Positions 46,318-54,392 of a stretch of 64,000 nucleotides of DNA are shown in pieces. Under the pieces are notes generated by a model, which made no database searches, was not told where the DNA came from, and worked only from the letters and a program-made list of their open reading frames with translations. The translations under genes were made by a program, and so were the position numbers. The DNA lies in contig OZ255842.1 in NCBI GenBank assembly GCA_965277805.1, forward strand, positions 256,001-320,000, given 5' to 3'. This stretch comes from Candidatus Lustribacter sp. GTDB taxonomy: Bacteria; Vulcanimicrobiota; Vulcanimicrobiia; Vulcanimicrobiales; Vulcanimicrobiaceae. Within the stretch, counting starts at the first letter, position 1, and every line of letters starts with the position of its first letter.

Positions 46318-47385
46318 TCACGCGTACGTGACCAGCGCGGTCAGGACGGTCGGCGATGCGGGGATCACGGGTTCCCACGTTTCGCCGGCATCGCGCGAGA
46401 CGTAGAGTGCTCCCTCGCCGGAGGTTTTGGTGTTGACGAAGTAGCCGCGCGCGCCGTTACCCATGCCGCAGTAAAGCGTGTTCGGATCGCCGGGATGCGG
46501 CGCGAGCACCCACGGCACCCACTTTTCGATGCCGTGCGTGACGACGCGCCAGTCGTCGCCGCCGTTATCGCTCACGAGGATGTGACCGTCGGGGTTCGTG
46601 TGGTCGAGCGCCCAGACGCCCGGCGAGCCGCGCGAGCCGCACACGACCATGCGAGGCCGGCCGTTCACATCGAGGAACTGCCACTCGTGCGAATAGCACC
46701 AGGCGGGCTTTTCGGCCCACGGCATGCCGTGCTCGACGCGGTACCAGTGCGCGCCCATGTCGTCGGTGCGGTAGAACCCCTGCGCCGAGGAAACGTAGTA
46801 GCGGTCGCGGCTGCCGGGATAGTTCGCGATCATGTGCATGTCGACGTAGTCGATGCCGTCGCTGCGGTCGGCCCACGTCGCGCCGCCGTCGCGGCTCAAC
46901 AGACAACCGCCGTGTTCGAGCAGCACGAAGATCTGCTGCGGATCGTCCGGATGAATGTGGATGTGGCGCAGATGCGGCTCTTCTTTGCCGCGATAGGGAA
47001 ACGGAACGTCCCACTTTTTCTTGGCTTCGTCCGGCACGTCGAGCATGCCGTCGAGCGGTTCCCAGGTCGTGCCTTCATCGTCGCTGCGAAACAGCCGCAC
47101 CGGCCCGATCCCGGCCCAGATGACGCGCTCGTCGTGGGGGTCGACCGTGAAGGTGCGGACGTCGCCCGACAGGACTTTCTCCCACGACTTGCCGGCATCG
47201 CGCGAACGGTAACCACCCTCGAACGCGACGCCCGCGAAGATGATCTCCGGTTTACCCGGGATATGCTTGAGGTCTTCGAGCGTGCTGTTTTCGAACGCCG
47301 AATCGACGACGTGCGGCGCGGCACCATTGCTCTCGAGGATCTGCAGGCCGCGGTTGTACCCGAGGTAATAGCGTAATTTGTCCAT
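46318..47385 (-). CDS. BNR/Asp-box beta-propeller protein (sialidase/Ycf48-like)
   Basis: Repeated S/TxDxGxxW Asp-boxes: SRDAGKSW, SDDEGTTW, SRDGGATW, TDDMGAHW, SDNGGDDW, SRDAGETW. Confidence 0.88.
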   Translation of the reverse strand: MDKLRYYLGYNRGLQILESNGAAPHVVDSAFENSTLEDLKHIPGKPEIIFAGVAFEGGYRSRDAGKSWEKVLSGDVRTFTVDPHDERVIWAGIGPVRLFRSDDEGTTWEPLDGMLDVPDEAKKKWDVPFPYRGKEEPHLRHIHIHPDDPQQIFVLLEHGGCLLSRDGGATWADRSDGIDYVDMHMIANYPGSRDRYYVSSAQGFYRTDDMGAHWYRVEHGMPWAEKPAWCYSHEWQFLDVNGRPRMVVCGSRGSPGVWALDHTNPDGHILVSDNGGDDWRVVTHGIEKWVPWVLAPHPGDPNTLYCGMGNGARGYFVNTKTSGEGALYVSRDAGETWEPVIPASPTVLTALVTYA

Positions 47386-47483
47386 CTACTCATACTCCCG
47401 GGGCGGATAGAACGAGAAGGATAGAATTCTAACGAGGAGTCTAGCCTCTCCGCTTGCTAAAAGTCAACTAAGGGAGAAACGCG

Positions 47484-48422
47484 ATGGCTGTATACTCTCG
47501 CACTGCACTATTGGCCGTCCTGAGCGCGGCCGTGGCGGCGCCGGCGTGCGTGCGGGCGGCGGAACCGGCGACGATCCGCATCGGTACCGCAGCGACCGAT
47601 GCGACGGCGCAGCACTTCTATGCGCGCGACAACGGCTTTTTCGCCGCGGCCGGGATCAACCCCGAGATCACCACGCTGCGCAACGTTACCGAAATGACGG
47701 CCGGCGCCATCGGCGGTTCGCTCGACGTGATCGCCGGCAGCCTCGTGCCGATCGCGCAAGCCGACAAGCACGGTAACGATCTCCGCGCGATCGCCCTCGG
47801 CAACATCTACACAGGCCCGCCGCCGCAAGGCGTGGTCGTCACCGGACAAAATTCGACGATTCGCAGCGGCGCCGATCTGAACGGCAAAGTCGTCTCGGTA
47901 AACGGTCTCGGCGATTTCTCGCAAGTGACGATCGAGGCATGGATCGATTCGACCGGCGGCGATGCCAAGAGCGTGAAGCTGCTGGAGTTGCCGTTCGCCG
48001 GCGTCGCGGCCGCGCTCGCGCAGGGCCGCATCGATGCCGCCCTGCTCGTCGAACCCTTCACGACGATGGCCAAGGATCAGGTACGCGTGATCGGCGACGC
48101 GCTCGCGCCGGTCGGCAAACACTTCATGGTCACCGGCTGGTACGCCAGAGCCGCCTGGCTCAACGCCAACCGCGACGCGGCTCGGCGCTTCGTTGCCGTG
48201 ATGCTGCAAACGGCGGTCTGGGCCAATAAGAATCATGACCAGTCAGCCGCGATCCTCGCGCACTACAGCCCTGTTCCGCTCGAAGTCATCCGCGCGAGCC
48301 CGCGCGCCCTCTACGGCGAGATGCCGATCAGTGCGGATTGGCTGCAGCCCGTCCTCGACTTCTCAACCAAATACATCGGCCTCGAGAAAACCTCGGCCGC
48401 GTCCCTGATCTGGAAACCTTAG
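47484..48422 (+). CDS. ABC substrate-binding protein, NMT1/SsuA type
   Basis: Signal peptide; GFFAAAGI, DLNGKVVSVN and QGRIDAA motifs; close paralog of 40201-41151. Confidence 0.88.
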   Translation: MAVYSRTALLAVLSAAVAAPACVRAAEPATIRIGTAATDATAQHFYARDNGFFAAAGINPEITTLRNVTEMTAGAIGGSLDVIAGSLVPIAQADKHGNDLRAIALGNIYTGPPPQGVVVTGQNSTIRSGADLNGKVVSVNGLGDFSQVTIEAWIDSTGGDAKSVKLLELPFAGVAAALAQGRIDAALLVEPFTTMAKDQVRVIGDALAPVGKHFMVTGWYARAAWLNANRDAARRFVAVMLQTAVWANKNHDQSAAILAHYSPVPLEVIRASPRALYGEMPISADWLQPVLDFSTKYIGLEKTSAASLIWKP

Positions 48423-49099
48423 GGGACGAGTGCGCGGAGGCGGTCGGGATCGGCGATGATGACGTGCGCGGTGCGCATGTCGACCAGTTTCTCATCCCAG
48501 AAGCGATTCAGCGTGCGGTTGACCGTTTCGCGCGTGGTCGCGATCATGTTCGCCATCTCTTGATTGGTCAGGCGCAGCGAGATGCGCGTGCCGCTATCGA
48601 CCGGTTCGCCGAACTGCGAGCTGAGATTCAGCAGCAGCGAGGCCAGGCGCGCGCGGATGTCCTGTGAGGTCGTCGCCGCGATCAGCGCGTTGGCGGCGCG
48701 CAGGCGTTCGGAGAGCGCGATTGCGAGCGAGCGTCCGATGCGCGGGTTGTCATCGAGCAGCACGAGGAAATCGGTGTAGCGGATCGCGCCGACCTCGACG
48801 TCGGTCAGCGTCTTGATCGATGCGCTGCGCAGCGATGAGTCGAACATCGCCATCTCGCCGAAGAAGTCGCCCTCTTTGAGGATCGCGAGGATCATCTCAC
48901 GCCCGTCGGGCATGATGCGGCACACCGACACCGAGCCCGTCACGAGGAAGAAGAACGTGCTGCCCGGATCGCCCTCGCGCACGACGAAATCGTGTTTGGT
49001 GTAGGTGCGATCGGTCGCCGTCGCCACGATGCCGGCGACCTCATCGTCGGCGAAATCGCGAAACAGCGGAACCCGCCGGATGCACGCTGCGTCGATCAT
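48419..49099 (-). CDS. Crp/Fnr family transcriptional regulator
   Basis: GDFFGEMA...RSAS cNMP-binding domain; LTNQEMANMIATTRETVNR HTH. Confidence 0.95.
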   Translation of the reverse strand: MIDAACIRRVPLFRDFADDEVAGIVATATDRTYTKHDFVVREGDPGSTFFFLVTGSVSVCRIMPDGREMILAILKEGDFFGEMAMFDSSLRSASIKTLTDVEVGAIRYTDFLVLLDDNPRIGRSLAIALSERLRAANALIAATTSQDIRARLASLLLNLSSQFGEPVDSGTRISLRLTNQEMANMIATTRETVNRTLNRFWDEKLVDMRTAHVIIADPDRLRALVP

Positions 49100-49103
49100 C
49101 CGG

Positions 49104-49607
49104 CTAGCCGCCGTAGAAGATCGTGTCGCCGAGGTCTTTCATTTCGAGGATCGCGTTGTCGGGCCGTCCCGCCGGCGGCTTCATCACGTGCGCTTCGACC
49201 ACTTCGGCGACGACGACGTGATGGTCGCCGTCTTCAACGATCGAGGTGACCTTCAGTTCGACGGCGGCGATGGCCGAATCGAGAATCGGCACGCCGGTCG
49301 TGCCCTTGTGATAGGGCTGCCCGCTGAGCTTCATGCCCTCGACGACGGTTGGTTTGAAAAACGCGAACGCCACGTCTTTCTGATCCTTGCCGAGCATACA
49401 CAAACCGAAGTGCGCGCCTTTGGAGAGCGCCTTGCGGCCATGCGAATCGGCCTTCACGCCGATCGCGACCAGCGGCGGCCCGAACGACGCCTGCGTCACC
49501 CAGTTGACGGTGGCAGCCGACAGGTTGCCTTTGCCGTCGTCCGTCGTCATCACGTAGAGACCGTAGGGAATCATCCGCAGAGCGGTCTTTTTTGCGTCAG
49601 CGTCCAT
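49104..49607 (-). CDS. Flavin reductase-like protein
   Basis: ALRMIPYGLYV, NWVTQASFGPPL, GDHH and C-terminal YGG motifs. Confidence 0.9.
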   Translation of the reverse strand: MDADAKKTALRMIPYGLYVMTTDDGKGNLSAATVNWVTQASFGPPLVAIGVKADSHGRKALSKGAHFGLCMLGKDQKDVAFAFFKPTVVEGMKLSGQPYHKGTTGVPILDSAIAAVELKVTSIVEDGDHHVVVAEVVEAHVMKPPAGRPDNAILEMKDLGDTIFYGG

Positions 49608-49643
49608 CGCCGGAAAAGTGCGCCGCAAGCGGCGCTTACCCTG

Positions 49644-50470
49644 CTACGGAGAGCCGTAGAGCGCGGCCGCGTTGTCCCAGGAAATCCGGGCCGCCACGCC
49701 CGGCGGCAATTGCGCCGCGATCCGGCGGTAACTGCGTATCACGACGGGGTAGCCTGACCAATTCGAGCCGAGGGTCGTGTAGAAGTCGGAACCGTACATG
49801 AGCCTGTCGCTGTGCTGGGGTGCGCGGAGAGAATCGCTTCCGCTTTATCGGGCGACCCGTAGGCTAAGCTCGGCAAGACGAAGCGCTGCTGCGGCCATGC
49901 GGCGTAGAGCTTGTCGAAGTTCGCGCGATCGCGATCCCACGCCCACGCTTCGAAGTGCGTCATGAGCGGTACGTCGGCGCTTGCTATTTGCGTGAGCAGC
50001 GCCTTCGCTCCGGTGCCCTGCCGGTTGACGAAGATGTCGCCGGTCTTGGTCGGTTTGTGATCGGGCTTATCGCCGTGCGTGTAGAGGATCTCGCCGATGA
50101 ATTTGTAGGTCCCGTTTTTGACGCCGTTGACGGTCTCTGCGACGTAGCCGCGCGGGAGATCGCCCTCGGTGATGAAACCGATCTTCGGCGCGCCGAGGAC
50201 GATCGTTTCGGGATGGGCTTGCGCGAGCGCGGCGACGGCTTTGGCGGTCGGCGTTGCACTGCCTTCGCGGCTGTTGGCGAAGATCGCGATGCGTTTTACC
50301 CCGGCCGCTTGCATCGCGTCGATCACGTGGCCGACGTTGGGATTCCATGACTGCACGTTCGCATCGAAGATCGGGCCGTCGTACGGCGGCGGCAGCGGCG
50401 GGCAATCGGCGGCGCGCGTGGTGCCGCTCGAAAACGCGAGCACGATTGTCGCGCATGCGACGGGTCGGGC
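49644..50470 (-). pseudogene. Disrupted exported amidohydrolase-fold gene
   Basis: PIFDA...FIGE...H.E region in one frame; after ILSAHP (about 49818) the C-terminus DRLMYGSD...WDNAAALY continues in another frame; no usable start codon. Confidence 0.75.
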
Positions 50471-50520
50471 GCGTTCCCTCGGAAATAGGAGCGCGCCGGG
50501 CGGTGCGAAATGGGGAGCGC

Positions 50521-51711
50521 ATGAAAGCATCGGCGGCAGCATTGCTCCTCGCTCTCGTGCTCGCGGGTTCGAGCGTTCCGGGCGGGGCGCAGTCGGGAAC
50601 GTATACGATTCCGGTCGTGCTCTCGCAGACCGGCCCCGGGGCCTCGCCCGGCGGCGATGAAATGGCCGCGATTCAGGCGTACGAAAGGCTCGCCAATCGT
50701 ACCGGCGGCATTCACGGCATGCAGGTGCACTTCCAGATTTACGACGATGCCTCGAGCCCGCAAACAGCGGTGCAATTGACGAACACGATCCTGCCGCAGA
50801 AGCCGGCCGTGATGCTCGGTTCGACGCTCGCACCGTCGACCGCCGCGATGATGCCGTTCTTCAAAGACGGTCCGGTGCTCTACGCGCTGACCCCGCTGAT
50901 CTTTCCGGAGAAGGGCAGCTACGTGTTCGCGACGCTGCCGCTGGTCGTGCACGTCGAGTCGGTGATGTTTCACTACATGCGCGCCCGCGGCTGGACGAAG
51001 GTCGCGATCCTGCGCACGAACGATGCGTCGGGCCAAGACAACGCGAAGGCGATCGACGGTGCGCTGGCCGAGCCGGAGAACCGCGCGATCAACCTGACGA
51101 CGCAGCAGCTCTTCAACGGGCAGGACATCAACATCGCGGCGCAAGTCAGCGCGATCAAGTATAGCGGCGCCCAGGCGTTGTTCGTGTCGGCGACCGGCGC
51201 ACCGTTCGGCACGGTGCTCCGTAGCCTCGCCGACGCCGGCGTCGATCTTCCGCTGTTTACCGGCGCCACCAACATCGCGCCCGACTTCATCGCGCGCTTC
51301 AAACAGTACGTGCCGAAGTCGGGCCTCTGGATCGTGTTCCCGAGTTACGCCAAGCGCGACCGCGGGCCCAAGGATCCGCTGCGCGCAACGATCGACGAGT
51401 TCTACACCTCGCTCGAAGCGGCCGGGCTGCATCCCGGCGCGGCGCACGCGTTCGGCTGGGACGAAGCGAAGATCGTCGTCGCTGCGTTGCGCGCGTTACC
51501 GCCGAACGCGCCGGCGCAAGCGATCCGCGATTGGATCGAGGCGCTGCACGATTTCCCGGGCGCGCTCGGGATGTACAACTTCCGCCTCGGCGACCAGCAC
51601 GGCCTCGACGACAAGTCGCTCTACATCGTCCGCTACGACGCGAACGCGGCAGGCGGCGGCGACACGACGGTCGTGAGCGACGCGGGCGGCACGCCGCTAG
51701 CCCAGAAGTAA
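50521..51711 (+). CDS. ABC substrate-binding protein, LivJ type
   Basis: GGGGAG SD and signal peptide; NRTGGIHGMQVHFQIYDDASSPQ motif. Confidence 0.88.
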   Translation: MKASAAALLLALVLAGSSVPGGAQSGTYTIPVVLSQTGPGASPGGDEMAAIQAYERLANRTGGIHGMQVHFQIYDDASSPQTAVQLTNTILPQKPAVMLGSTLAPSTAAMMPFFKDGPVLYALTPLIFPEKGSYVFATLPLVVHVESVMFHYMRARGWTKVAILRTNDASGQDNAKAIDGALAEPENRAINLTTQQLFNGQDINIAAQVSAIKYSGAQALFVSATGAPFGTVLRSLADAGVDLPLFTGATNIAPDFIARFKQYVPKSGLWIVFPSYAKRDRGPKDPLRATIDEFYTSLEAAGLHPGAAHAFGWDEAKIVVAALRALPPNAPAQAIRDWIEALHDFPGALGMYNFRLGDQHGLDDKSLYIVRYDANAAGGGDTTVVSDAGGTPLAQK

Positions 51712-51721
51712 GGAGCGTAAT

Positions 51722-52438
51722 ATGGAAGTCACTGCCCGCCTCGATGCCGAGGTCGACGATTTCGCCCGGCGCTGCCGGTTTCTCAACACGCCGGTGACGC
51801 CCGAGCGCGCGCAAATGTTCGTGCGTCAGCACCGTCTCAATACGCGCCAGCGCAACAGCGTGCACAAGCTCGCGGTCGCGACGAACTGTCCGCATTGGGA
51901 GATCCGCATGCGGATCATCGGCGCTTCGGCGCAGGAGCTGATCGCCGACAACGAGTTCGGCGAGGGCAAACCGCACTGGGAGATCATCGAAGATCTTGGC
52001 GTCGCGATCGGGATGGACCGCGACGCGATTCGCGCCACGCCGCCGCTGCCGAGCACGCAGCTCTGCTGGCTGGCGTGGGAGACGCTCACCAAGAACCGTC
52101 ACTGGCTCGAGGGTTTGGTGGCGAACACCTGCTCCGAACGCATCAACGTGCCGGGTTACGGCAACGGGCGTCAGCGCGAGGTGGGCTGGTCGGGCGCGCA
52201 GCGCGACGAGTGGCGCAAGCTGTTCGGTTTGAACGACACGCAGCTTGCGTTTTGGAGCGTGCATAGCGAGGCCGACATCGATCACTCGAACTTGGGTTGG
52301 CAAACCGTCGCGAAGTACGCCGAAGAGCTAAACATGGCCGACGCGGTCGTCGAAGCGTGCCGCATCAACCTGATCGTGTGGGAAAACTACTTCAACGGTA
52401 TCCACGATGCGTCCGAAGCCGTTGCGAAGGCTGCCTAA
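51722..52438 (+). CDS. Heme-oxygenase-like diiron (CADD/PqqC-like) redox enzyme
   Basis: QEL...KPHW, WLEGL...SE and FWSVHSEADIDH (H-x3-D-x2-H) ligand motifs; AAGGAG SD. Confidence 0.8.
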   Translation: MEVTARLDAEVDDFARRCRFLNTPVTPERAQMFVRQHRLNTRQRNSVHKLAVATNCPHWEIRMRIIGASAQELIADNEFGEGKPHWEIIEDLGVAIGMDRDAIRATPPLPSTQLCWLAWETLTKNRHWLEGLVANTCSERINVPGYGNGRQREVGWSGAQRDEWRKLFGLNDTQLAFWSVHSEADIDHSNLGWQTVAKYAEELNMADAVVEACRINLIVWENYFNGIHDASEAVAKAA

Positions 52439-52625
52439 TGTCATGCCGAGCGGAGCGCCGTAGGGCGCGTAGACGAGGTACGCGCCACCATCATGCTTGA
52501 TGGTCAGGGCAACTCCACTCAGCGTTGCTTTACACCGCTCGTCCGCCCTTCGGCGTCCGTACTCGGCGACAACGATTATCGCGGTCCCTCGACGACGCGC
52601 CTCCAGCGCTTCGCTCGGGATGACA
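52439..52625. repeat. Palindromic intergenic repeat (REP/MITE-like, TGTCAT...ATGACA ends), copy 1
   Basis: Ends TGTCATGCCGAGCGGAGCG / CGCTTCGCTCGGGATGACA; left arm nearly identical to 63793-63842; lies between convergent genes. Confidence 0.85.
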
Positions 52626-52631
52626 GAGGCT

Positions 52632-54392
52632 TCAGTTGCCTCCTCCGCGGCGCTCGGCGCGCAGCTTCGCCGTGGCAGCGTCGTCGACGTCGTTCGTCTT
52701 CGCATCCAACACTACGCCGTAGACGGTGAGGGCATCGTCGCGCGAGATGTACTCCTCGATGACGTCCATGCGCACGAGCGCGGGATCGCGGTCGAGCGCG
52801 TTGCCCCAGCCGCCGCCGCCGGCGGTCATGATCGTCACGCTGCTGCCGGGCGCGAGCAGTTTGCGGAACGGATCTTCGCGGTGGAAATCGGCGTCGCCGG
52901 CCGCTTTGATGTAGGCCTCGCCGACCTTACCGGAGCCGCCGCCGTGAATGCCCCACGGCGGAAATTGCGTGCGGCCCTGTTGGCTCGACGACCAGCGGCC
53001 TTCGGCTAAACTCTCGATCGTGGTCGTGATGCCGAGCCCGCCGCGGAACGCACCGGCGCCGCCTGAGCCCTCGCGCAGCGAACGTTCGCGCACGATCACC
53101 GGCGTCTTCAGCTCGATCGTTTCGACCGGCGCGTTGCGCACGTCGCCTTGACACACCGAGACCGATGCCGATTCGCCGTCTTCCCACGGCCGCGCGCCCC
53201 AGCCGCCGCCTTCGATCGTCTGCAGCACGAAGTTACGGTTCTTCGCCGCATCGCGGCCGAAGAACGCGAGCGCGCCGCCGAGCGTGCCCATCGTTGCGGC
53301 CGGAATGCGATCGGGCATCGCGTCGGCGAGCGACGTGAGGATCGTGTCGACAACCGTCGGCAGCATGCGGCTCCACGACGACATCGGCGCCGGGAACACT
53401 GCCATCATTAGGTTGCCTTCTTGAATCTCAACCTTCAGCGCGCGGAACGAGCCTTCGTTCACCGGTTCGAGCGCGCCGGTGAGGCCCTTGTAGGCGATGT
53501 AGGCGCCGGCCAGCGTGCGCCCGTTGATGGCGCCGCGCGTCTGCATCGAGCCTTTGGTGAAGTCGATCGTGAGATCGCTGCCCTTCACGACGACGTCGAC
53601 GACGATCGGCACGCGCTTGCCGGTCTCCACGCCGTCGTCGTCGAGGAACGATTCGGCATGGTAGGTGCCGTCGGGGATCTGCTCGACGATCAAGCGGCAC
53701 TTGCGTTCGGCATCGTCGAAGATGCGTTCGATCGCGATGCCGATCGTCTCGGCGCCGTAGCGGCTGTAGAGTTCCTCGAGCCGGCGTTCGGCCAGCGTGC
53801 ACGCGGCCATCTGCGAGCGCAAGTCGCCCATCGACGATTCCGGAAAGCGGATGTTGTCGGAGATCATCCGCAGCATTTTCTCGTCGGGCTTGCCGGCTTC
53901 GTAGATCTTGATCTGATCGAACTGCAGGCCTTCTTGCCAGGGATCGATGATCGAGGTGCCGGCCCCGAAGCCGGTGCTGTTGCCCCCGACGTCGACCCAG
54001 TGCGCGCGCACGATCGTGAACGCCGTCAGCTTGTTCTCGAAGAAGAACGGCGTGAGGATGCAGACGTTGTTGAGATGCTGCCCGGCGACGCGCTGGTGGT
54101 TCGTGATGATTACATCGCCCGGCGCGAAACCATCGACGCCGTAGCGTTTCACGCAATCCTTGATCACGACGCCGAGATCGGCGACGAAGTGCGATACCCC
54201 GCCGATGTTCTGCGCGAGCAAGCGCCCTTCGACGTCGAGCACGGCGCAGCAGTAGTCGCGGACTTCGTAGATCATCATGTTGTACGAGGTGCGCTGGAGG
54301 TCGACCGACATCTCGTCGGCGATCGCCGGCAGCGCGCTGCGCAGGACTTCGAGGGTGACCGGGTCGAGCCGGGTCTTTTCGGTGACGGTCAT
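52632..54392 (-). CDS. Hydantoinase B / oxoprolinase family subunit
   Basis: DPVTLEV, E.RDY, PGDVIITN, HLNN, AHWVDVGG, SGGAGAFRGG and GGGGWG motifs. Confidence 0.93.
   Translation of the reverse strand: MTVTEKTRLDPVTLEVLRSALPAIADEMSVDLQRTSYNMMIYEVRDYCCAVLDVEGRLLAQNIGGVSHFVADLGVVIKDCVKRYGVDGFAPGDVIITNHQRVAGQHLNNVCILTPFFFENKLTAFTIVRAHWVDVGGNSTGFGAGTSIIDPWQEGLQFDQIKIYEAGKPDEKMLRMISDNIRFPESSMGDLRSQMAACTLAERRLEELYSRYGAETIGIAIERIFDDAERKCRLIVEQIPDGTYHAESFLDDDGVETGKRVPIVVDVVVKGSDLTIDFTKGSMQTRGAINGRTLAGAYIAYKGLTGALEPVNEGSFRALKVEIQEGNLMMAVFPAPMSSWSRMLPTVVDTILTSLADAMPDRIPAATMGTLGGALAFFGRDAAKNRNFVLQTIEGGGWGARPWEDGESASVSVCQGDVRNAPVETIELKTPVIVRERSLREGSGGAGAFRGGLGITTTIESLAEGRWSSSQQGRTQFPPWGIHGGGSGKVGEAYIKAAGDADFHREDPFRKLLAPGSSVTIMTAGGGGWGNALDRDPALVRMDVIEEYISRDDALTVYGVVLDAKTNDVDDAATAKLRAERRGGGN

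Noticed and set aside
46318-46320. TGA readthrough (selenocysteine or recoding) fusing the propeller and enolase, which share a frame
   Set aside because: The TGA is in a linker rather than at a catalytic Cys position, no SECIS-like hairpin is evident, and TGA is a normal stop throughout the window.
47422-47431. Palindrome TAGAATTCTA in the divergent intergenic region
   Set aside because: At only 10 bp it could simply be two overlapping TAGAAT -10 boxes or chance; too weak to call an operator.
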